Shown here piece by piece: positions 1 to 8,360 of a DNA stretch of 64,000 nt (position 1 is the first letter of the stretch; each line of letters begins with the position of its first letter). Location: IMG/VR virus record IMGVR_UViG_3300047200_000500, positions 105,622 to 169,621 of that record. The stretch is one strand, 5' to 3'. The notes under the pieces were generated by a model that was not told the origin of the DNA, did no database searches, and was given only the letters and a program-made list of their open reading frames with translations. The DNA is from a virus. Made by a program: the position numbers and the translations under genes.

Positions 1-4
1 GGAT

Positions 5-835
5 TTGCAGCCAAGCTACCCAATGCGTTCTGTTGGGAAGCCAAAAATGGCTGGGCCTGAGACATGTGAAAAATGCGGAATGGTGATGTATTATGGCAAA
101 GAAGATCATAAATGCAGTGGATTTTCATCTCTTGCTGTGGTTGAAAAACCAAAAACTTATTTTGAAGAATTAGAAGAAGAAGCTGGCAGATATGGTGGAA
201 AGTATGTTGGTGTATTATATCCGAAATTTATGCTTAGTGCTTATTATTATGTTCATAATGATAAATGGTCATTTTCAAAAGGTGGTAATCCAGAGACATT
301 TATAGATCACCATCTTGGTGAATGGGTTTCTAAAATTCCTCATAAAGATGTGTATCTGCAAATATTGTCTAATTCTGTTAAAGCAGATGAGAATTTATTT
401 AAGTTGTTATGCCTTAGACTTAACTATGCTCTTTATATTGGTAAGGAGTCTGTTTCAACTGAAATAAAGATTCATAAAAATAAAGTTGGTCATTTATTAT
501 TTAATGAATCTACTAAAGTGGTTGATGGTGAAATTGTTTATGATGGAAAATTAGAAACTTCTAATCTTAAAGACGAAGAAATAGAAGAATGGGCAAAAAA
601 ATTCTATTCAGCTGAAGAAACTATATCGCAATCTAAATCTGGTTTACCAGAGCATATACTATACTATATCAATAATATGTTGCTTGAATATGGATATAAA
701 TTAAATCCAGATGGTGAAGCCGTTTATCAAGAATTAAATAAATTAAATAGAGTTTTTATTGAAGAAGGATTAGTAGCTAGAGTTGCGTTCTTGACCATAA
801 TATCATCAATAAAAGAAACAAAGAGGATATCATGA
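5..835 (+). CDS. hypothetical phage protein (N-terminal CxxC..H/C motif; true start uncertain, may lie upstream of the window)
   Basis: 276-aa ORF, ATGA-coupled to next gene. Confidence 0.6.
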   Translation: MQPSYPMRSVGKPKMAGPETCEKCGMVMYYGKEDHKCSGFSSLAVVEKPKTYFEELEEEAGRYGGKYVGVLYPKFMLSAYYYVHNDKWSFSKGGNPETFIDHHLGEWVSKIPHKDVYLQILSNSVKADENLFKLLCLRLNYALYIGKESVSTEIKIHKNKVGHLLFNESTKVVDGEIVYDGKLETSNLKDEEIEEWAKKFYSAEETISQSKSGLPEHILYYINNMLLEYGYKLNPDGEAVYQELNKLNRVFIEEGLVARVAFLTIISSIKETKRIS

Positions 836-1311
836 ATATCACAAATGGTATGAATGACGCCATGGAGAAACTGGGCATGAAAATAGGTGACGCTATTAAA
901 ATTACCGCACCATTCAAGGGGTCGAAAAAAGACTTCATTGGAAAATTTGGATTCATAGAGGAAGATGCTGGACTCATACAAGGTGTGAAGCATTATATAG
1001 TGATATTATTGGAAAATGATGGTATTCCATTTGGTAATGGTCCAGTTCCTATTTCATCTATCGAATTAACGGATGATCCAATTGCTTTAAATGCTTATAA
1101 GATTTTTAATGAAAATATTAAAAAAATAATGGAAAATACTAAATCACAGGCTATTGATATTGACAAGGGTTTAGAAGAATTATCAAAGAAGCATAATTTA
1201 TCAATTGCCAAACTTAGAGAGATATATACCGATGTATTTGAACTCACCAAGGGAATAATTTATGAGAATCAAGATCAAGGAAAACAAGAAAAGCAAGAAG
1301 ATAAGAGATGA
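832..1311 (+). CDS. hypothetical phage protein
   Basis: 159-aa ORF, SD-like GAGGA upstream, ATGA overlap. Confidence 0.6.
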   Translation: MNITNGMNDAMEKLGMKIGDAIKITAPFKGSKKDFIGKFGFIEEDAGLIQGVKHYIVILLENDGIPFGNGPVPISSIELTDDPIALNAYKIFNENIKKIMENTKSQAIDIDKGLEELSKKHNLSIAKLREIYTDVFELTKGIIYENQDQGKQEKQEDKR

Positions 1312-1543
1312 TGCAATTAATGCAAAAAGGTTTATAAGACTTGATGTTGGTGGTCGTGATATATATGAATCAGTCTATAAATTTATTGAAGACAATATTA
1401 TTGCAAAGGGTGGTGCCATGGGCAAAGATACCAAGCGGTTAACTGCCAAAGCAATCATTGACTTTGCTAATATTCAATTAAACGGAGTGCGTAAGCGTTC
1501 TAAACCACGGCTCGATGCCATTATAAATCATTGTTCTGAATGA
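1262..1543 (+). CDS. hypothetical basic protein
   Basis: 93-aa ORF in co-directional run, AAGGGA upstream. Confidence 0.5.
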   Translation: MRIKIKENKKSKKIRDDAINAKRFIRLDVGGRDIYESVYKFIEDNIIAKGGAMGKDTKRLTAKAIIDFANIQLNGVRKRSKPRLDAIINHCSE

Positions 1544-1824
1544 AAATCGCCCATATAGATCTATACTTTCATCTCCCAGATGATCACGATGATAATGATT
1601 TAATAGTTTTATTAGAACAAATCATAGAATATAAACTAATTAATCAAAATAAAACAGAAAAATCACCAGTTGTAGATGAACTTAAAAACACTAAATCAAT
1701 TAGTAAATACGGATACGATGTAATGATGTACAATAAGTTTATGAAATCAGTTAAGGAAAAAGGCTATAAGTTGTGCGGAGATGTTAGATTTATTAACGCT
1801 ATGTCTGATAAGATAAACCTTTAG
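1540..1824 (+). CDS. hypothetical protein
   Basis: 94-aa ORF, ATGA overlap. Confidence 0.55.
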   Translation: MKIAHIDLYFHLPDDHDDNDLIVLLEQIIEYKLINQNKTEKSPVVDELKNTKSISKYGYDVMMYNKFMKSVKEKGYKLCGDVRFINAMSDKINL

Positions 1825-1833
1825 GAGAATAAC

Positions 1834-2049
1834 ATGCATGGTCACGTCCACATTTTTGAATTACCAGATAATTCAAAACTCGCTTGCTATAATATTCAAT
1901 TTATGAATAAAGATGAGCTTGGAATAATTAAACTAGCTCTTGATAAGGTAATGCCTAAAGACAGAAATGAAGTTTATAATAATGTTGTCGCTACTGTTAA
2001 TAATATAATTATTGATGGTGTAAAAGCCACATCACCTAAAATTCCTTAA
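1834..2049 (+). CDS. hypothetical protein
   Basis: 71-aa ORF with AGGAG SD. Confidence 0.55.
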   Translation: MHGHVHIFELPDNSKLACYNIQFMNKDELGIIKLALDKVMPKDRNEVYNNVVATVNNIIIDGVKATSPKIP

Positions 2050-2145
2050 AGAATATATTAACTAAACAAAATTCCCTGTTAAAAAATAATATCAGCAATT
2101 CTGCTGATGTTTATAACAATGAGACTATAACCCCAGGAGGTAAAA

Positions 2146-2595
2146 ATGTCTCTTCAAAGTGGCGATGTGCTTCGTGGTTCTGTTAAACGCTTCAATTCCA
2201 AGCGTGGATTTGGCTTTGTCCAAATCACTGGTGAATCGACCAGTGAAGAGGATGATGTTTTTGTTCACCAGTCTGATATTGACATGGAGGGGTTCAGATC
2301 CCTTAATGTTGGTGAGGATGTGGAATTCACTCTTGAGATTACTGCCGAGAATATGCTTAAGGCAAAATCGGTGAAGCTCATTAGTGTTCGTGTTCCATCT
2401 GCCCCTTCCTCCCATCATACTTCTTATCAGTCACCTCGTGGTGCTGGTGGGCCTCTTGTTGATGCTGGACAGCGTGCTTTGGTTCGCACAGAACGTTTGG
2501 AACGTCAGATGAAGAAGCTGATTGAGATTCTGACGCGTGACAATGATGGTGTAGTCCTGGAATCCCAGGATGTCCAGGAAATCTATACCGCCTAA
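2146..2595 (+). CDS. cold-shock domain protein with C-terminal extension
   Basis: RNP1 RGFGFV, RNP2 VFVHQS, EGFRSLxxGExVEF; strong SD AGGAGG. Confidence 0.9.
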   Translation: MSLQSGDVLRGSVKRFNSKRGFGFVQITGESTSEEDDVFVHQSDIDMEGFRSLNVGEDVEFTLEITAENMLKAKSVKLISVRVPSAPSSHHTSYQSPRGAGGPLVDAGQRALVRTERLERQMKKLIEILTRDNDGVVLESQDVQEIYTA

Positions 2596-2613
2596 ATCCC
2601 CTCGCGTGTGATC

Positions 2614-2652
2614 GTTCAGCCGTGGCATAAAACCCACGGCTGAACTGTTTTT
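2614..2652 (+). terminator. Rho-independent terminator after cold-shock gene
   Basis: 12-bp stem GTTCAGCCGTGG/CCACGGCTGAAC, 8-nt loop, followed by TGTTTTT. Confidence 0.8.
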
Positions 2653-2703
2653 ATATATTAAATAATTTACAAAGTCTGTTAAAAAATATTGAAGGAAATC
2701 AAA

Positions 2704-3228
2704 ATGCTCAAGCCTCTCATCTTTTCCCTTATCCTTATCTCTGCTTGCTTTGCGGCGGAAGATAAAGCTCTGCTTCCCGCATCTGCTGCGACAGCCATGA
2801 AGACATATGAGGCCGAACTGGCAAAGGCCAAGGCCGAGTATGACAAGCGGGAGGAAACAGCCAGGAAGGCGTTACTCCCAGCTTTGGCGAAGGCCAAGGA
2901 TGCAGAAATGAAGGCCAATAACCTGGAAGGGGCATTGGCAATCAAGAAGAAGATTGAAGAGTTTTCCGATCAACCAACAAATAGTGTTGTTATAATTTCA
3001 GCATCTTATGGATTTACAAAGGACAATACCGTAAATGCACTAAAATATATAATTGAAAAGACTGAGAATGGCACCAAGCCATATATTGATCATGATAATG
3101 CATGGAAGATAATTGGTAATCCAGCCCCTCGCGATCCTAAAGGGTTTTTCATTAAGTACAAGATTAACGGTAAAATAATTGAAAAGAGATTTGGTGAAAA
3201 TGATACTATAGAGTTCAAGGCTGAATGA
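2704..3228 (+). CDS. secreted protein: signal peptide, Ala/Lys helical domain, C-terminal lectin-like (IISASYG..GNP..K) domain
   Basis: ATG 2704 after GAAGGA; MLKPLIFSLILISACFA signal; C-terminus resembles DUF3395/SUEL-like modules. Confidence 0.6.
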   Translation: MLKPLIFSLILISACFAAEDKALLPASAATAMKTYEAELAKAKAEYDKREETARKALLPALAKAKDAEMKANNLEGALAIKKKIEEFSDQPTNSVVIISASYGFTKDNTVNALKYIIEKTENGTKPYIDHDNAWKIIGNPAPRDPKGFFIKYKINGKIIEKRFGENDTIEFKAE

Positions 3229-3943
3229 AATGATCAAAATCAGCCTGCATTAATTTTTTATTATAAGTATAATGAATTAATATACCGTTTTTACGTGGTA
3301 TTTTATTATGAGGAAATCCTATTTTCCCAAGATCCCATTCTTTACACGGAATCAACTGTTTTCTAATTAAAAAATTAAATGCAGCTTGATCGAGAAAATG
3401 TTTAATTTTTTTATTACAATGTTTTTTAACTTTTAAAATATTTTTCCATACATTAAATAATTGATATATTAACCCACTGTTTATACAAAATGATCCTGAA
3501 TTTATGCCATTTTTATTTTTAAAAATCATTTTTTCATCATCGTTAAAATAAATCATATTGCCATCACTGTTCCATTGTTCTTCGGTATACAATAAGCAGT
3601 CACATGCTTTAAATAATTCTTGTATTGGTTTTACACAAATAATGTCGGCATCTAGATACATTATTTGTTTGTATTTCTTAAAATTTATGAAATTATCCGC
3701 GTGCATTCTGAGCAATATTGGTTTTATATCAGTATTTGTTATTATTGTTTCTGATTTTAATTTTAAATGTTCTTTATCTATTAAACAAATAATGTCATCT
3801 TTATACTTTCCGTTTTTTCTTAAAGAATCAATTAACATATTTGCTTGAATTTGATATTCCGATCCAAATGCTACAATATAAATTAAATTTTTTATACCTG
3901 TTTGTTTGTCTATACTATCCAAATATTTTGATGTAAATGTCAT
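3215..3943 (-). CDS. GT-A glycosyltransferase (GT8-like)
   Basis: MYLDADI DxD motif, INSG, DQAAFN, terminal LIHY. Confidence 0.75.
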   Translation of the reverse strand: MTFTSKYLDSIDKQTGIKNLIYIVAFGSEYQIQANMLIDSLRKNGKYKDDIICLIDKEHLKLKSETIITNTDIKPILLRMHADNFINFKKYKQIMYLDADIICVKPIQELFKACDCLLYTEEQWNSDGNMIYFNDDEKMIFKNKNGINSGSFCINSGLIYQLFNVWKNILKVKKHCNKKIKHFLDQAAFNFLIRKQLIPCKEWDLGKIGFPHNKIPRKNGILIHYTYNKKLMQADFDHFIQP

Positions 3944-4653
3944 TATTTGATCATATTTTTCATTCTGTTTAATTTTTCTTGAGGGCTACCCATCAAAAAG
4001 TGAAAAACGGCCCCATTCGGTTTGTTATTAAATAACCATTTTTCTGAACTTACCAAATCAATTTTAAACTCATGATAATCATGTTTGATCATCATGAGTT
4101 TATTAAATGCGGCTTGATCGATTCCTGGAGTTTCCATTTTATTATCTATAATATTTCTCCATTCTTCAAAAAAATTAATTTTAGTAATGAATAATCCAGC
4201 ATTTATTGTGTATCTATCTTTATATCTATTGAATTCTTCATCAGTCATGCATGAGGTATGCAACCACCTTAATCTTGAATAACATTGGCCTATTTTCTTT
4301 CTTTGTATTGTTACACCAATGTCTTTATTTTTAATATCCCACAATTCATTAAATCTAGATAGCGGTATGGCATCGGCATCAATATACATGATTTTATCAT
4401 AATTTTTTATGTTGATATATTTATCTATGCACATTCTACCTATGATTGGATTTCCAACATATTTATAAATTTTTACATCATGTATTGATACATCACAATC
4501 AGTTAATAATATTATATCTCCAGAATGAAATTTTTTTAATTGTTCAATATTTATTTTTACTAAATCAAGATACCTACCATTCGCGCAATAATACACTAAT
4601 CTTTTTTCAATTTTGTTGTTAATATTTGATAAATATTTTGTTGTAAAATTCAT
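3943..4653 (-). CDS. GT-A glycosyltransferase (GT8-like), paralogue of neighbour
   Basis: MYIDADA, INAG, DQAAFN, VFHF; N-terminus MNFTTKYL matches MTFTSKYL of neighbour. Confidence 0.75.
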   Translation of the reverse strand: MNFTTKYLSNINNKIEKRLVYYCANGRYLDLVKINIEQLKKFHSGDIILLTDCDVSIHDVKIYKYVGNPIIGRMCIDKYINIKNYDKIMYIDADAIPLSRFNELWDIKNKDIGVTIQRKKIGQCYSRLRWLHTSCMTDEEFNRYKDRYTINAGLFITKINFFEEWRNIIDNKMETPGIDQAAFNKLMMIKHDYHEFKIDLVSSEKWLFNNKPNGAVFHFLMGSPQEKLNRMKNMIK

Positions 4654-4709
4654 ATAAACTTGGCTTATGAAAATTATGTTTTATCAATTACCAATTAACA
4701 AGCAACTTA

Positions 4710-5363
4710 TTATGCTGATACTAATCTTCCACTGATCGCTTTTTGGTTATTAAATGCTCTTTTAAAACCAAAACGTTTAGCTTTATAATTGCTTTGATCA
4801 TCTGAATTAAGCTTTTCCCATTTTTCTTTTTCATCTATTAGAGAAAATGCTAATTGTTTGAAATCTGTATTCATGATTATTGATGACAATTTTATAGCTG
4901 CATTGTGAATATCATCATAATTGTACGAATCATGTTCAATGTGAATCAATTCAAAACAGTTGGCATCATCTATATAATCAACTGAAAAATCAATGCCATA
5001 TTTTGATTTTATTGCTAATAACTTTTTTAATTCTGGACGTTTCTTACACAAATTTTCAATTTGTTTTCTTGCTTCTCCTTCATATGAATATCGATGTGAA
5101 ATTAAGCTATGATCAAGGACGATAGAACATTTATGAGTTTGATATACCCAATTATCACAAACACTGGTGTGATTTAAACAGTGACCAAGTTGGATATTAA
5201 AGTGATTATGAATACTCCGTTCTAAAACTGTAAGTTCGTAGCCGTCACGATCAAAATAATTTAAATGTTCGAACAATAAAAGGTCTTCTGGAATTGGATC
5301 TTTGAATGAGATATTCTCTCTGAAGTCTGATTTGTGGAATTTGAAAATGTCTTGGCCAAGCAT
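4710..5363 (-). CDS. conserved-looking phage hypothetical protein (start moved to ATG 5363)
   Basis: FDRDGYELT..E and KYGIDFSVDY motifs resemble uncharacterised phage proteins; ATG 5363 is preceded by GTATTT motif. Confidence 0.6.
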   Translation of the reverse strand: MLGQDIFKFHKSDFRENISFKDPIPEDLLLFEHLNYFDRDGYELTVLERSIHNHFNIQLGHCLNHTSVCDNWVYQTHKCSIVLDHSLISHRYSYEGEARKQIENLCKKRPELKKLLAIKSKYGIDFSVDYIDDANCFELIHIEHDSYNYDDIHNAAIKLSSIIMNTDFKQLAFSLIDEKEKWEKLNSDDQSNYKAKRFGFKRAFNNQKAISGRLVSA

Positions 5364-5409
5364 ATTTTTTAAATACTCACCACAATTATAGTTCGCGTAA
5401 ATATAAATC

Positions 5410-6027
5410 ATGCAATTTAATGAATTAAAAGTCTTACTTGAACAAAAATCTACTACGGCAATTAACCAATTGCTAAAGTTTAAATTTAGTAATTTATTAG
5501 ATGTAGAAGATATTAAAAAAAGAGTGGTAAAAGAATTTTGTTTAAAAAATGGATATAAGTTGTGCGTTCTTAAAGAAGATATTATTGAAGCTGTAATGTC
5601 TAGTAAATCAGATGAAATAACGAATTATTTTGAAAGTAAAGGCTTCACAGTTGTTAAAGAAGAGAAATCTAAAGTTATTACTGAGGAGAAATCTAAAGTT
5701 ATTACTGAGGAAATGAATCCTGATTATAAGTCAGAAATGGCTAAATGGGACGTTAATGATCCTCGTAGAAGACTTGGCCCTGCTCTTGAATCAGAGTTTG
5801 CCAAAGCTGCTGTTATAAATGATACTTTAAATTTTGAAGAACCAGATCAAAATGACCAGAGATTTCCTTGGTTTAAGAAAATACCCCTTAATCATTATGA
5901 TTTAGCTTGCCCATATTGTAATGCTGTAATGCGTGAAAAAGAATATAGTTTTAAGTATGATGGAGAAAATAAATGCTGGACCCATAATTGTAAACCAGAT
6001 GCAAACATATTAATGCCGCCAAGGTAA
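5410..6027 (+). CDS. hypothetical protein, possible head-internal protein, C-terminal CxxC..HxC
   Basis: 205-aa ORF, N-terminal VLLE, late-type motif upstream. Confidence 0.55.
   Translation: MQFNELKVLLEQKSTTAINQLLKFKFSNLLDVEDIKKRVVKEFCLKNGYKLCVLKEDIIEAVMSSKSDEITNYFESKGFTVVKEEKSKVITEEKSKVITEEMNPDYKSEMAKWDVNDPRRRLGPALESEFAKAAVINDTLNFEEPDQNDQRFPWFKKIPLNHYDLACPYCNAVMREKEYSFKYDGENKCWTHNCKPDANILMPPR
5662..5709 (+). repeat. perfect 24-bp tandem duplication (EKSKVITE x2)
   Basis: GAGAAATCTAAAGTTATTACTGAG twice. Confidence 0.9.
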
Positions 6028-6038
6028 TTGTTATAAAA
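6028..6038 (+). promoter_or_regulatory. putative extended -10 (TGTTATAA) early promoter (example)
   Basis: TTGTTATAAAA at 6028(+) and 8321-8331(-); TTGTTATGAAA at 44368(+); each upstream of a non-structural gene. Confidence 0.45.
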
Positions 6039-6053
6039 TTGTAGAGGTGATTT

Positions 6054-6434
6054 ATGATGATTTGCATAGATAAAGAAAATGAAACAGGCACTAAGATACT
6101 TGTTGATAATAATAGCTACAGAGTGACTGTATGCGATCAGAGTAACAAGTATAGTAATGACTATGAAACGGCAATTTCTAATAAGTCGTTATTTGCCATG
6201 ATTAATGGTAAAATTAGACAGATGACTGTAACTGCAGAAACCATCAGATGGTTGATTGCCCACAGTAAGACTGTTGATGCTATTAGACTTGAAATGAGTG
6301 AAGCAAATAAATGTCCTTTGTCATCGGTTAATGCTTCTGATGGTGTGAAAAAATTACAAGAAGAGTTAAAGGAACATGGTTGGACTAATAAGAAATTGAA
6401 CGAGATATATGAAAAAGCATATTTAATGGGGTAG
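6054..6434 (+). CDS. hypothetical protein
   Basis: 126-aa ORF, GAGGTG SD, TGTTATAA upstream. Confidence 0.6.
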   Translation: MMICIDKENETGTKILVDNNSYRVTVCDQSNKYSNDYETAISNKSLFAMINGKIRQMTVTAETIRWLIAHSKTVDAIRLEMSEANKCPLSSVNASDGVKKLQEELKEHGWTNKKLNEIYEKAYLMG

Positions 6435-6447
6435 TCAAATTTAAAAT

Positions 6448-7344
6448 ATGCGTTCAAAATTAGTATTATTATTTGAAGCATCATTTGAAAATAGAGATGC
6501 TATAATTGGTCTTGAAAAGGTATTAAAAAGTAGTGGATATTCACATTCAAAACTTAATGATATTTATGATCTAGCTGTTAGTAAAAACAAGGAATTAAAC
6601 AAAGAAGAACATGGTGGAATGCGTCCATCATTTGGACAAACTAGTAAGCCAATATCTAAGAAACCAATAGACGAAATTCATAAAGAATTGCTTCAAGCTG
6701 AAGTTAATAAAATTAAAAAGGCTGAAGATTTAACTAATAATGATGAATATGGAATTGGCAGTAATAAAGAAGAAATAACTGATTCTGACATTCCAGGTTC
6801 ACTTCCAACCGTTTCATATAATGATGGGAATACACCAGGAATAGTTAAAGATAAGTCTATCAGAGATGAAGGTGTTATTGATTCACTAAAACTGTTAGCG
6901 ACCAATCTTGGGCCAATGGGCAGAGATAAGGCCATAGTATTAGCTGCTAGATTCGATATTGACAGTGAATTGATTGAGGCAGCTGGTCTTGGTACTTTAC
7001 CCCCTAATTATACCGATGAGGATGTTTGGAACATATTAAAATTATCAGCTAATGGAAAGAAAAAATTTATTGATGGTGTATGGCAGCCTTTTTATATTGA
7101 AGCACTTGAAGATGTGAAAGAATTACCTGGGGATGTTAGAGATCACATTGTTGAACTCCTGACATCACAAGAGCCTAGAGATATTACTTATCCAAGTGTG
7201 AATAAAGATTCATTAGTTGATGATCCCGCAAGAAATCAAGGGGTTAGAAAAGTATATGAGGCTAAATTGGTCGAGGATTTAGTAATAGAGTCAGAAAATG
7301 GCATAAGAATCATATCAACTGGCGCTAGAATAGTAGTAGGATAA
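6448..7344 (+). CDS. hypothetical protein, possible head-internal protein
   Basis: 298-aa acidic ORF, N-terminal LLFE, CAAATTTA upstream. Confidence 0.55.
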   Translation: MRSKLVLLFEASFENRDAIIGLEKVLKSSGYSHSKLNDIYDLAVSKNKELNKEEHGGMRPSFGQTSKPISKKPIDEIHKELLQAEVNKIKKAEDLTNNDEYGIGSNKEEITDSDIPGSLPTVSYNDGNTPGIVKDKSIRDEGVIDSLKLLATNLGPMGRDKAIVLAARFDIDSELIEAAGLGTLPPNYTDEDVWNILKLSANGKKKFIDGVWQPFYIEALEDVKELPGDVRDHIVELLTSQEPRDITYPSVNKDSLVDDPARNQGVRKVYEAKLVEDLVIESENGIRIISTGARIVVG

Positions 7345-7345
7345 T

Positions 7346-7702
7346 ATGAAACTATCTACAATAAATGAATCAACAGATATAACTGGTAAATTAGACCCGT
7401 TAATATCCAAGTATGACGAATTGAGAATTAAAGCTACTGATGAAATGGCAGATCTTCATTATGAATTAATTGTTGATAATCTTAGAGGCATTAATACTAT
7501 TGAGGGATTAAAAAAGTTTTTAAAAACGATACACAATAGTTTGAATAATGAATTGAATGAACTTAATAAAATTAGATCAATGATTAAACCAAAAGATACT
7601 TTCGAATTTAGTGCGTTTGAAAGTAGGATGAACTCTTATAATAGAGCTATCACCACATATGAAGATATTATTAATTTTGGAAAGAGTGTTAAATTTTGGT
7701 GA
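7346..7702 (+). CDS. hypothetical helical protein, possible head-internal protein
   Basis: 118 aa, starts MKLSTINE. Confidence 0.55.
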   Translation: MKLSTINESTDITGKLDPLISKYDELRIKATDEMADLHYELIVDNLRGINTIEGLKKFLKTIHNSLNNELNELNKIRSMIKPKDTFEFSAFESRMNSYNRAITTYEDIINFGKSVKFW

Positions 7703-8302
7703 TCAAAATGGCAATTTTGTAGGTGCTTCAATTTTTGGTTGACTAGCACGCCATCCAATTGCTTCTACTTCCTTAACACGTTCCTCTTCCTCTTCATTTT
7801 CTTTTTTGATCATTTGTATTCTGTAATGGTTTATATACATTGTCTCAAGAATATCGTTACGTGCTACCCAAATTGAGAATGCTAATGTGCAAAGTGTAAT
7901 AAAAGAAAACAGACATAAAATGAACACATTATCAGGAAGAAAAGCTCCAGAATTAGCAATGTTTTCGCTAATTGGATTGTGAAAACTATAAAATGTGTCT
8001 TTACAACCCTTAGCGTAATTTATGAAATTAAGCAGCATAATTAAGAAAAATACCCAGAATACACCATATGATGCATAACACAGAAATGCTAATGGCCCAA
8101 TAAATCCAAATATTCCGCTCTTGCCATATGGAGCCATAACATCAAACCATGGACGCCTATATTCCTTGGGTAATTTAGCCCATATATGGCACTTTATTGG
8201 TATTATAATTAATAGATGAGTTAATACCCCACATACAAATCCGGCAATCGCAATTGCACCAAGTTGGCCCCATCCACTCTTCTTTTTGTCATCTTCGCTC
8301 AT
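7703..8302 (-). CDS. integral membrane protein
   Basis: three to four hydrophobic segments; GAGGG SD and TGTTATAA upstream on minus strand. Confidence 0.65.
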   Translation of the reverse strand: MSEDDKKKSGWGQLGAIAIAGFVCGVLTHLLIIIPIKCHIWAKLPKEYRRPWFDVMAPYGKSGIFGFIGPLAFLCYASYGVFWVFFLIMLLNFINYAKGCKDTFYSFHNPISENIANSGAFLPDNVFILCLFSFITLCTLAFSIWVARNDILETMYINHYRIQMIKKENEEEEERVKEVEAIGWRASQPKIEAPTKLPF

Positions 8303-8346
8303 AAAATTCCCTCTCTATAATTTTATAACAAATAAATAGTTTGGGT

Positions 8347-8354
8347 TAAATATA
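8347..8354 (+). promoter_or_regulatory. putative late promoter YAAATWTA (example; ~15 copies upstream of structural genes)
   Basis: same motif 9-17 nt before ATG at 5410, 6448, 8361, 11972, 16852, 20911, 32411, 33357, 46568, 53817, 60275 and 59101(-). Confidence 0.6.
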
Positions 8355-8360
8355 ATACAG

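Noticed and set aside
2614-2645. REP/MITE-like element
   Set aside because: Single copy, directly after a stop codon and followed by a T-run; better explained as a terminator
5409-5412. Second head-to-head CATG overlap (4710-5411 versus 5410)
   Set aside because: A better start for the minus gene is ATG 5363, which has the GTATTT motif at the standard 13-nt spacing
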